64,000 bases of DNA from Eledone cirrhosa. Taxonomy: Eukaryota. Shown here piece by piece: positions 53,435-64,000 of the stretch; within the stretch, counting starts at the first letter, position 1, and every line of letters starts with the position of its first letter. The stretch covers positions 286,192,001-286,256,000 of the forward strand of contig OZ024742.1 of the NCBI GenBank assembly GCA_964016885.1, read 5' to 3'. Under the pieces are notes generated by a model. It did no database searches, had not been told where the DNA came from, and saw only the letters and a list, made by a program, of their open reading frames with translations. The translations under genes and the position numbers were made by a program.

Positions 53435-56400
53435 ATGACCTCACTCAGAATAGGCAGCATAAATGCGCGTGGCTTGGGGTCGTCATGGAAGCAGGGCCAC
53501 CTGCTCAACGACCTCAGGTCACTAAACATAGATGTAGTGGCCATCAGCGAGACCAGAATCTCCGAAGCACAGGCTTTCGCACCGATCTTCGGCGGCTACG
53601 ATGTGTACGCATCTCTCAGCCGTCCTGGATCGGGAGGTGGAGTTGCTGTGCTTTTTCGGAGAGGTTTGGATCTTGCCATACGGGCCATCTTCCTGGACCC
53701 AGAAGGTAAGTTGGTGGTGCTGGACGTGACCAGCGGAGACGGGCAAGCTTTCAGGTTAGTGGCCGTCTATGCCCCGACAGGAGCAGGGCGGCCTGATTTC
53801 TTCCGGCGTCTGGAGACCTTTCTTGGAACGTCCCGCTCTTTAGTGTTAATGGGCGACTGGAACGGGATCTTAGATGCACGCTGGGATTGTGTGGGATTAG
53901 TGGATAGGGAAGGAGGGTGCAAGCGTCTCACCAACCTGCTCAGACGTTTTGAACTGTCTGACAGGTACCGAATGGATTACCCGAATGTACCAATGTGGAC
54001 TTGGACAAATCGCATAGGGTCATCCAGATCATATCTAGATAGAGTATTTTGTAGGGAAATAGATAGGTCTAGCATAGGCTGTCCACAATTCAAGATAGTC
54101 AGCTACACGGACCACAAATTCGTGATCTGTGTGCTTGACTTAGATAGGCTTCATAGACGAGGACCGGCTACTGGAAGCTAAACGCGTCCTTACCAGCGCG
54201 CAAGGCCTACAGAGACCGGATTAGCGAACTAGTTATGCGGGCGTTGACGGGGGCCATCGTCAATAACAAGTGGTGGTTTGCTCTGAAAAGAGCAATTAGA
54301 ATAGAGTCCATTAGGTTTAGTAAGACTTTAGCAATAGAGAAAAATAGAGCAGAGGGAGAATTAGTTAGAAAATTAGATGAGGCGCTTAGCAAAGGCATCG
54401 CGACCGACGTACTTGCGGCGAAATTGGCCCTTGACCAATTCTTCAATGCAAAGCACGAAGGCTGCGTTGTCAGAGCTAGGGTGCGCGCTCTCAGACACGA
54501 GGGGACGAAAGCCGTTCAATGGGCCAGAGTGGCGGAGGCGCGTCGTGGCAACAAAGCCACGATCCGGTCTTTGGTGGACCACGACGGGCGCATGCTACTC
54601 GATCCCGGGCAAATGTGTGAAGCTTTTCAGCGACACTTCGCTCAACTGTTCGGGGGCAGTGGCGGGCCGGATCGAGGGATGGACTTTAGTGTCTACCTCG
54701 ACGGACTGCCGCGGCTTTCGGCCACTGAGGCAGAGTGTTGCGAAAAGCCGATAACAACCGCTGAAGAACGGTATGCAATGACTAGTTGCACAAGGGGTAA
54801 ATCGCCTGGTTTGGATGGTCTGCCCTATGAACTTTACGTACAAATGCCAGACTTGTTCGGAGGCCTCTTGGCGGACGTCTACTGCAACTGGCAACAGAAC
54901 GGGAGAATTCCCAGCTCTGTGAGCCGAGGAGCGGTGGCGCTGCTGAGAAAGGATCCGAACAAGGGGGATAACATAGATAATTTTAGGCCCATAACTCTGC
55001 TAAACACAGAGTTCAAGATTTTGGCCAAGGTGCTAGCAAAGAGGTTGGCGCTTGTCGTTGGTGGTCTGGTGGGAGAGGCACAGACATGCGCCATTCCAGA
55101 CAGATCCATCCACGACAACCTCCACCTCATGCGATACATCGTAGAGAGGGTAGCTAGGGAACCTGGGACGGGTGGGTCTTTGATCAATTTAGATCAGTCG
55201 AAAGCCTTCGATAGGGTCGACCATCGTTACCTAGCGGCAGTCCTGAGGGCGTCTGGCTTTGGGCCCGTCTTCAGAGGCTGGATCGCTGCCATGCACAGCG
55301 ACATCTGCTCTGTAGTGAGAGTGAACGGTCACCTTTCGGAACCGTTCAACATCATGCGCTCGGTCCGCCAAGGATGTCCCCTCTCGTCCTTATTGTACGT
55401 ATTGACTCTCGAGCCATTACTGCACATCTGGAGACGTTGAGGGGGGTCCCACGCGAATTAGGATGCGGAAGATCCGTGTCAGCATATGCCGACGATGTCA
55501 CCGTAGTGGTGTCGAACGCCAAACACATCGAGGCGATCGGCACTACACTAAGAGAATACGAAGCGGTGACAGGATCAATGATAAACGAGGAAAAGTCAGT
55601 GGGCCTGCAGCTCGGCCCCTGGAGAGGCAGGTCCATGCCGTCCAACAGCGTCGTCGGGCTCTGGACGGACGGACCGGTTAAATTGCTAGGGGTCTGGTTC
55701 GGTCCAGACCTCCAGACGGACAAAAACTGGGACGAGGTGACGAGCAGGGTGGCTTCTCTCACCCAGAAATGGGCCGAGAGGAAGCTATCCCTGAAAGGTC
55801 GAGCGGAGGTGGCTAACGCGTACATCGCGTCCATCATCTACTACCGCCTAACCGTCGTACCTTGTCCTAAGCCCCGCCTGACTGCGCTGGAGCGTTTGCT
55901 CTTTCGCTTCTTGTGGAAGGGACGCGCTCCGATGGTCAGGCGGTCCATCTGCTGTCAACACCCGCTACGTGGAGGGCTGGGCATGCCGTGGCTGATGATG
56001 CGCAGACACGCGCTCAGGCTACGACATCTCCACCTCTTCCTCGATGGTGATCAGGTGTGGTCGCCGTTTGCTAGACACGTTTTTCCCCAGCTCGTCTCCT
56101 TGACGGAGCTGCAGTCCTGGGTCAAGCGAAGACCGAGAGGGAGCGCTTGGAGACTGGAATGTCTTCAGGCGCTCACAGCCCTCGACCAATCGGGCAATGT
56201 AATCGGTGGAAACTCCACCTTGGCGTTCTATAGGGGATTAGTGGAGGGGAAGAGCGACGACGTACTTGGAGAAACTCTCGGCGTCGACGAAAATCAACTA
56301 GCCAATCTCTTCGGAAGGACTTTCGGGCCGGGGCCTATGGACAACTTCCAGAAATCCCTGGCCTGGCAGTGCTACCGGGGTGCTTTGCCAGTTCGGGATA

Positions 56401-56852
56401 AACTTTACAGGCATGGAGGTGCCGTCAGCCGGGCATGTCCGAGATGCGCACAGGGCGACGAAACCGTCCTGCACGCACTCGTCCAGTGTCCGAGCATTGC
56501 TGACTTATGGGTTTATGTCGAACACCTGCTGTCACGTGTAGGACGGATCCAGCTATCAGCTGAGTCCATCGTGAGGATCGCCCCGCCCTCTTCCTTTAGC
56601 CGGGAAGGGCAGGCAGTTTTTATCTGTCTGGTGGCCATGGCGAAAGAGATAGTATGGTGGACACGTTTGAAAGGGCTGAAGACGAGCACTTACCTCTTCG
56701 GTGATGCCCTGATTAACTTTTTCAAATTTCATCTGAAAAGGAAAATCAGGGTAGAGAGGGAAGTGCTCTCTTCCCAGCATTTTGTTGAAAGATGGGTGAG
56801 AGAAGCAAGTATGGCCCGAATGAATGGGCCTTCTCTGAGTATGTGTCTGTAA
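53435..56852 (+). pseudogene. LINE ORF2 (APE endonuclease, RT, C-terminal CCHC) split by two frameshifts
   Basis: SINARGL..GDWN..SYLDRVF..TDH; KSPGLDGL, FRPITLLN, DQSKAFDRV, RQGCPLS, AYADD; frameshifts near 54165 (GPGYWKLN restored) and 55425. Confidence 0.93.
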
Positions 56853-57094
56853 ATTAAAGGTGGAAAACTGGGAGAGGGCACTTGCCCTGGTGGTCAGGCC
56901 ACTGTGTTCTTTTAATGGGCTTTCTCCACAAATGTCCCTCGGAAGTCTCCCCCCTATTGGGGAATTTTTCTTTGTTATTTTATTTCATCCTCTGTTTTTT
57001 TTACACGCAGAAATGCCCATTTGTACCGTCCTGTATTGTCCTGTACTGTCCTTAATGTCTACTTTATGTAAACCCTTGTGGTTAATAAAGAAAA

Positions 57095-57143
<49 letters not shown>

Positions 57144-59155
57144 GGACGCACATGTATGAAGACGTACGGTCTGCGTGGGGAAAGGTTCGTAACTTTAAGC
57201 TGTTTTAAAGTATAATTTTTTTGTATTTTCTTGTCGTTAACGAAGCATAAGTTACCCACCTTGGTTCCAAGGTAGGGGAGACCTCTCAACATTCGGGTTT
57301 TAAGCCCGAATATTCAGATTTATTTTTAAAAACATCGAAAAAATCGCTTCCCCACCAAAAAAAAAATGGAAATTTTCCACCTTGAAACTGTAAACAACGT
57401 TCAGGACAAAAGTTCAAAAACAGCCACTGTAGATCTCACCACAACTACTACTACTACAGACATGCCAGTCGACCATTCCACTGAATGTGAAGGCAAAACA
57501 CAAAAGTTACCATCACAACCGCTCCTTTCTGTGATAGTAGCAGTATCATCTTAAAAACGCGATCACCACCACCACAACAACAACAACAACTCAGAACAAC
57601 AACGACAATAACACCGACAGCCTCAATGTAAACACGGATGGCGGTGGCAACAGTAACAACAAACAAATCAACAACAACAACACCAACACCAACAACAGTA
57701 TGAACGACAACACCAACAACAAGAGCAACAGAGGCACCACCTTTGCAGCGGCAGGAGCGAAAACAAAGCGCTTATTGAATGTTGATATTAGCGATAAAGA
57801 CGAACAGTTGGTCCAGGCGTGGAGGTTAATTAAACAGGAGAAGTCCTGGGCAAACCTTACCATCCCGGACGAGGTAATAGCGGCCATGCAAAGGAGGGCG
57901 ATGTACTTTCGATGCATTTCAGTGCAGACACGCAAAGTGGAACTTGCCAGCCCAGCAGAGGTCGAGGCTGCTTTGAAGTGCATCGGAAGTGATATAGAGT
58001 ATAAAGCAAGGGCTAAGCAGTTCGGTACCATCTCGGTACTGTTCAAAACCGAGGCCCTTGCTATTAAGCACTCGGTGACGCCCTACAGAACGGAACGCAT
58101 GATCATGCACCCGTCCTACATGGGCAAAAGGACAGTAAAGGTCCGCATTCCCAGGATCCCACCAGGAATGAACATATGGTGGCTTCTGGGATGCGTAATT
58201 GAGGAGGGGACAGACACTACCCTCCTGGATATCAAAAGGACAGAGAGAGAAGACTGGTCCGGAATGGATTTGGAGATTTTTCTCCAAATGAAACCAGAGG
58301 ACATCAACAATATACCGGATTTTGTCCCCCTACAGGACGGGACAACAATCCAATTAATCGCTGAGGGTAGAAGGCCGCACTGCTTCGTCTGCGGGGAAGC
58401 AACGCATCTGCAAGCTTCTGCCCTCAGCTAAAAAATGCAGGGGGTCGCAAACCTCCTTTGTTGCCAACACCAGTGTCAGCACGGAAGGCTGCACCACCAC
58501 CACCACCACCACCAAAAACAACACTAACAATGACACGGGTAACCCACCAACATCAAAAACAGTCGGACCACAACCAGCACCGAAACCAATCCAAAGGGAA
58601 AACGAGGGAAAGCTCTCCCACTCCCCCTACCCCTCCAATTATACACATAGACAAAACAATAAATGCACACACAGACACAGATACACTCACAGACACAGAT
58701 ACACTCACAGCCACAGACCCTTTGTCTACCAGCAGTGAAGTTGAAGGAAAACCCAAAAGTGCCAAAAAACAAAAGAGAAAACTCACCAAAAGAAGCCCCC
58801 CAGTACATTTGCTAAAAGGTGGGTGAATGTGGCGAGAATGGCCCGTGTGAATGGTCATACTCTGACCATGCGCCTATAGGCAAGCTAACTTGAGAAGAGG
58901 GTTCTCTCCCTGGGTGCCCTATAAGCGCAGGGTGGTTCAGGATTGGTGGGGTACCTGAGTCACCCCTGGGTCGTCCACCCCCTATCGGGGAATTTATTTT
59001 GTTATATTCATGCATAGTTTATTTATATTTTTTATATCTTCATTGTTAAATTAGTCTTGCCATTATGCACTTTTACTCGACCTTATTGTAAACCCCCACT
59101 GTCCCTATCTTTGTATTGTCCTCTAGATGTCGGCCCTTGTGGCTAATAAATGAAA

Positions 59156-59157
<2 letters not shown>
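57144..59157 (+). mobile_element. ORF1-only Tx1/L1 derivative in tandem behind the full element
   Basis: ORF1 57700-58431 (CFVCGEATHLQA), then a jump at about 58800 to the last ORF2 codons (KRWVNVARMARVNG), 3' UTR and (ATT)n. Confidence 0.87.
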
Positions 59158-59196
<39 letters not shown>

Positions 59197-59225
59197 GAAA
59201 CAATAAAAAGAAAAGTAGAAACAAT

Positions 59226-59377
<152 letters not shown>

Positions 59378-59423
59378 GAAATGACAGGAGGCTGGACTTG
59401 TGTAAATCCTTGAAAGGTTTATT

Positions 59424-59481
59424 ATACTATGATCATTTCAATGACCGGATTCCCTATGAATCCGGTGATATCATCAGGTAT
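59424..59481 (-). ncRNA. Type I hammerhead, intact core
   Basis: AUAC CUGAUGA uau cACCGGAUUC auagg GAAUCCGGUc auu GAAA UGAUCA UA GUAU. Confidence 0.78.
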
Positions 59482-59629
59482 TCGAAATATAATAAATGAA
59501 TGTAATAGATAAAATCCATGGGGCTGAAAATCAAAGCCCGGAGGACGACCGCCATCCAGCATCTTCCACCTTTGCCGGTCGCCTGACCATACGGATTTGA
59601 CCAGCTCTATCCAGTGGTGAACATCAAAC

Positions 59630-59671
<42 letters not shown>

Positions 59672-59680
<9 letters not shown>

Positions 59681-59877
59681 TAACACATAAAAGTTTAAGC
59701 AAAGAATCGCTGCTTTCACCCTTTACTGGATCTTCTGAAACTCCCGTTAAGGGTGGAAGCCGTGATTCTTTGCTTAAACTTTAATCCCTTATTTTAATAA
59801 ATATCTGCTCTACGGTCTTATATATTTTTATCGAACCCTCTTTGGATTTTAGTCTTCACATTTACTATTATTATTAT

Positions 59878-59880
<3 letters not shown>
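59672..59880. mobile_element. CAGAAGA-family element with fold-back
   Basis: Hammerhead-like fold at 59692-59742 (minus) and a partial inverted copy at 59743-59800. Confidence 0.75.
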
Positions 59881-59955
<75 letters not shown>

Positions 59956-60670
59956 GTATATACTAGGAAAAGTTGAAATAAAAATCTTTACGTGAATTAT
60001 ATGTATTGAGTGATAATAGTTAATGTTTGATTGTATTTATGTGGCTACACAGAAAGACATATCTATATGGATATGTATATATATATATGGATATGTATAC
60101 AGTGGAACGCCTCTCATCACGAACTAATCGGTTCAGGAACAATAGGTAGTGGATTCAAGGAGATGGTGCCTTAGCATGAAACGTAATCTCCAGTATCACA
60201 TATGAAAGGAAAAACGTAAACAACAATCTAACATTTCTACCTCCAAATAACTACTTGGACACAACAGTATATAAATAAACATGCATAATCTCAGCTGATT
60301 GGTTAAACATTACAATGGTCACAAATGTGTCAGTCAACGCAGATGAACTCTGACAGGTGTAAGGACAGTGCAGAATATTTGGTTCCCGGCCAGGTGTAAT
60401 GACCGTGCCAATCCTCTACACCTGACTGTAATGTACCTGATCTGAGGTGTATTCATGAACAAGGAGAGGTGTGCGGGCCCAGCACAGCAATGTTAAATTT
60501 ACTGTGCTGGGTCCGGTGTTCCCAGAGAAAGGAAGGGGATCATCTAACTGAAGGTGACTCGGCCCACCCCTCACACATACAGACACACACACAGACACAC
60601 ACATACACAAACACATACAAACACAAACACACACGTTAACACATACGTACTTATCTTACTAGTTCTCACA

Positions 60671-60719
<49 letters not shown>

Positions 60720-60745
60720 ACTAGAAATTGATTGACATATACAAA

Positions 60746-61392
60746 CCCATTTGCAGCGCCGCAGCTCCATTATTATCAGATTTACACATATATTTGTTCC
60801 TCCGCTGCCACCAGTCTGTTTCGTTCTTTGTGTCTTTACCCTTTCTAGCAGTCTCTCTCTCTCTGTTAGCCTCTTCCTCACCTTTCACTCACTCACTCTC
60901 TGTCACTACCTCTCCTCCTCCACTTTCTTCCCGTTTGACCTGTCCGTAATCCTTTTCTCGCGGGCACTTGGCCAAGCCGGTATGAATTTTTTTCTCTCTC
61001 TCTCGTCTGCGACTTCACAGAACTTATGTTTACCGAATTCGCAGACCAGACCCCTCTTCCTCCCGTTAGACCTGTGCGAAATTCCTTCCTTGCTCACATT
61101 TCAACCAGGTTTGATGGTCTTTATTCTCTCGTTCACGATTCCACCGAATTTATATTCATAGAAATCTGGGACTTGTTTCTTCTTCATCACTTTCTGCTGC
61201 TTAAACCATTTTGTCTGTTTACCCTAGCGTCCCCTTTATTTACGTGTCCCAACGACTTTTTTAGCCGTTGCTCGCACCAACCTGAGGTATATGGCCTTTA
61301 ATGCGACGAAATGCCTACGACGGTTGGAAGGCCACTGATGAGGACAAACTTTTTCATATGTAGCCCATTTGCAGCGCCGCAGCTCCATTATT

Positions 61393-61396
<4 letters not shown>
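60746..61396 (+). mobile_element. Element bounded by a 33-bp direct repeat, carrying the permuted hammerhead
   Basis: CCCATTTGCAGCGCCGCAGCTCCATTATTATCA at both ends; (TA)n flanks. Confidence 0.7.
61273..61346 (+). ncRNA. Candidate non-circularly permuted hammerhead ribozyme
   Basis: AGGUA UA UGGCCUU, then C GAAA UGCCU, then AAGGCCA CUGAUGA GGAC. Confidence 0.7.
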
Positions 61397-61457
<61 letters not shown>

Positions 61458-61505
61458 TAAGCACATGAAATAATCGCAGGGGACATGACACCCTTAGTTT
61501 AATTT

Positions 61506-61550
<45 letters not shown>

Positions 61551-61554
<4 letters not shown>

Positions 61555-61913
61555 TAATAAAAATAATGAATAAACAAAGAAACAGTTCCTTATATTAAAA
61601 AATCATCATTTTACGATCGTTTCTAGGATATATATGTTAGTGTTGGTATGTATATCATATAGATCTATGTAAAATTTTTACAAACTATCAGAAGGAATAT
61701 ACATACCTACATATGTGTAGGTATGTATATTAATATACATACCTACATATGTGTAGGTATGTATATTCCTTCTGATAGTTTGTAAAAATTTTACATAGAT
61801 CTATATGATATACATACCAACACTAACATATATATCCTAGAAACGATCGTAAAATGATGAATTTTTTAATATAAGGAACTGTCTCTTTGTTTATTCATTA
61901 TTTTTATTAATTT
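61551..61913. repeat. Near-perfect fold-back (~180-bp arms) with nested palindromes
   Basis: Centre TATATTAATATA at about 61730; downstream body 61926-62050 recurs inverted at 63878-64000. Confidence 0.95.
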
Positions 61914-62044
61914 ATCTTGACTCTGTTTTCCTGTATTTTTCATCGAAAAAAAGTTTTGAATACATCTTCTCTTTTCATGATATTCGGATTACATTAAGTT
62001 CTTCATACGGATTGGACACTACCGTATATTTTGGTAGATTTATC

Positions 62045-62097
<53 letters not shown>

Positions 62098-62227
62098 CTC
62101 AACAAGGAAGGTGAAAAAACTGACCTCTTAATTTTAAATCTTTAATTTTTAGTTTTTAATTCTTATTAATTATTTTTAATTGTAATACTCGACATTTGAT
62201 AAGATGGATGTTACTGATACATCGAAA

Positions 62228-62522
62228 GCAGTAATACTTTATATACTTTATATACATCATAAAACCAGTAATACTTTATATACTTTATATACATCATAAA
62301 ACCAGTAATACTTTATATACTTTATATACATCTTAAAACCAGTAATACTTTATATACTTTATATACATCTTAAAACCAGTAATACTTTATATACTTTATA
62401 TACATCTTAAAACCAGTAATACTTTATATACTTTATATACATCTTAAAACCAGTAATACTTTATATACTTTATATACATCATAAAACCAGTAATACTTTA
62501 TATACTTTATATATATCATAAA
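62228..62522. repeat. 37-bp tandem repeat, about 8 copies
   Basis: AAAACCAGTAATACTTTATATACTTTATATACATCAT; a shorter inverted array is at 19288-19392. Confidence 0.9.
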
Positions 62523-62647
62523 ATTCTTTTTTAAAAGAATTGTCCCTCTCATTTTTTAAATAATGTCACTTTGACGAATCAAAGAAAGGAAATAAAAAGA
62601 AAAACAGACCCTAAAATGGTATTTCCAACTTCACCTTTTCTATCTCG

Positions 62648-62744
<97 letters not shown>

Positions 62745-62768
62745 GACTTTTCAAACAAATTAAAAAGC

Positions 62769-62834
<66 letters not shown>

Positions 62835-62867
62835 ATGTATATATATATATGTATATATATATGTATA

Positions 62868-62939
<72 letters not shown>

Positions 62940-63509
62940 TATTGTTAGTTGTGGGGTGGACAGTGAAAAGGGGGAGTGTGTTAGTGGTGTTAGTTGGAGA
63001 TCTGTGTGTGGGGGGGGGGGCTACAGGAATAGGGGTGGGGAGTTCAGGCCAGGGGGAGTGTGGGTCTGTAGGGTGAAGATGGTGCGTTGTTCGACCCTGA
63101 GGCGGGTGGCGGATGTTCCGTGGCATTGGAGTAGGCCACAAACTGTGTGGTGGTGCGCAGAATGTCCAGGGGAACAAAAGTGGCGGGCGATGGGGGAACA
63201 CCCGCCGAGACGAATATACCGGAGGTGTTCGGTGAAACGTTCCGCCAGGCGACGTCCAGTCTATCCGACTTAGGTTGCACTGCACTCCGTGCAGCGAAGT
63301 CCATAGAGTTGGAGGAGGTGCAGCGGAAGGCGTGCCGGACAGAGCTCTCTCTCTATATATATACATATATATATATATAATCAAGGTCTAGCAAATAGAG
63401 AAAATGTTTTAAAATAAAATTTAAAAAATTCGCAGTACTTACTATATGTGCCTTTACCGCGGTTTCATGCTCCAGAATAAACGGAAAATCCAAGCGGATT
63501 TCTATTGAG

Positions 63510-63747
63510 AAGGGAGCAATATATATATGGACATGCTCACCGACATCCAGAGTTGACATTGCACTCAGTGCTCCTTTGGGAGCCCCTACATGGACACACT
63601 AGAAGAGGAAGACCAAGGTTAACATATGTTGATGCCCTAAGGACAGACACTGGTCTGTTGGAGATGCAGGATATGGCAGCGATAATGAGGGACAGAGACC
63701 GCTGGAGAGAACTCGTCCATGGATCTCGGGAATTTTACCCGCCTTAG
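63510..63747 (+). pseudogene. RTE-like LINE 3' fragment
   Basis: GHAHRHPE..VLLWEPLHGHTRRGRPRLTYVDALRTDTG..MRDRDRWRELV. Confidence 0.8.
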
Positions 63748-63843
63748 ATATATATATATATATATATATAGATATATAGCGTGAACCTAATACCAACACT
63801 GTTTGTAACCGCACTCCTTGTTATTGTTTTTATATTTTACTTT

Positions 63844-63882
<39 letters not shown>

Positions 63883-64000
63883 GATAAATCTACCAAAATA
63901 TACGGTAGTGTCCAATCCGTATGAAGAACACAATGTAATCCAAATATCATGAAAAGAGAAGATGTATTCAAAAATGTTTTCGATGAAAATCACAGGAAAA

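Larger units (their letters stand above)
51317..57095 (+). mobile_element. Near full-length Tx1/L1-clade LINE flanked by (TTA)n
   Basis: ORF1 with zinc knuckle, then APE-RT-zinc finger ORF2, AATAAA and an (ATT)n tail. Confidence 0.93.

Noticed and set aside
54165-55430. Programmed frameshifting in LINE ORF2
   Set aside because: No slippery sites seen; single-base losses are better explained by decay or sequencing error
60099-60140. Tigger/pogo-like terminal repeat (TA CAGTGGAAC)
   Set aside because: No matching second terminus found
62940-63345. GC-rich block with [11 protein letters not shown], possibly a LINE RT remnant
   Set aside because: One short motif only; insufficient to assign

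Overview
Repeat-dominated eukaryotic intergenic or intronic DNA with no confidently identifiable host gene. The dense (TA)n/(CA)n/(ATT)n microsatellites, tRNA-derived SINEs, RTE, Tx1/L1 and Penelope retroelements suggest a coleoid cephalopod such as octopus (inference). Protein-coding remnants are a near full-length frameshifted Tx1/L1 LINE (51317-57095) with three rearranged relatives, a decayed Penelope-like element (RT + GIY-YIG, 5957-9230, minus), three RTE 3' fragments and two Helitron helicase fragments. Most listed ORFs are microsatellite artefacts. The main signal is RNA structure. Folding by hand shows about 20 hammerhead-ribozyme-like motifs in short (TA)n-embedded elements, many ending in fold-back hairpins. 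They include a candidate non-circularly permuted hammerhead family with covarying helices (29846-29921, 61273-61346, decayed 5597-5660), core variants (CAGAAGA in four copies; UUGAAAA with a U3-A8 swap) and a retrozyme-like unit with two hammerheads 695 nt apart (25390-26390). A separate repeat starts with an HDV-like fold (15031, 47936). All structures were paired by eye and none has been computed or tested.
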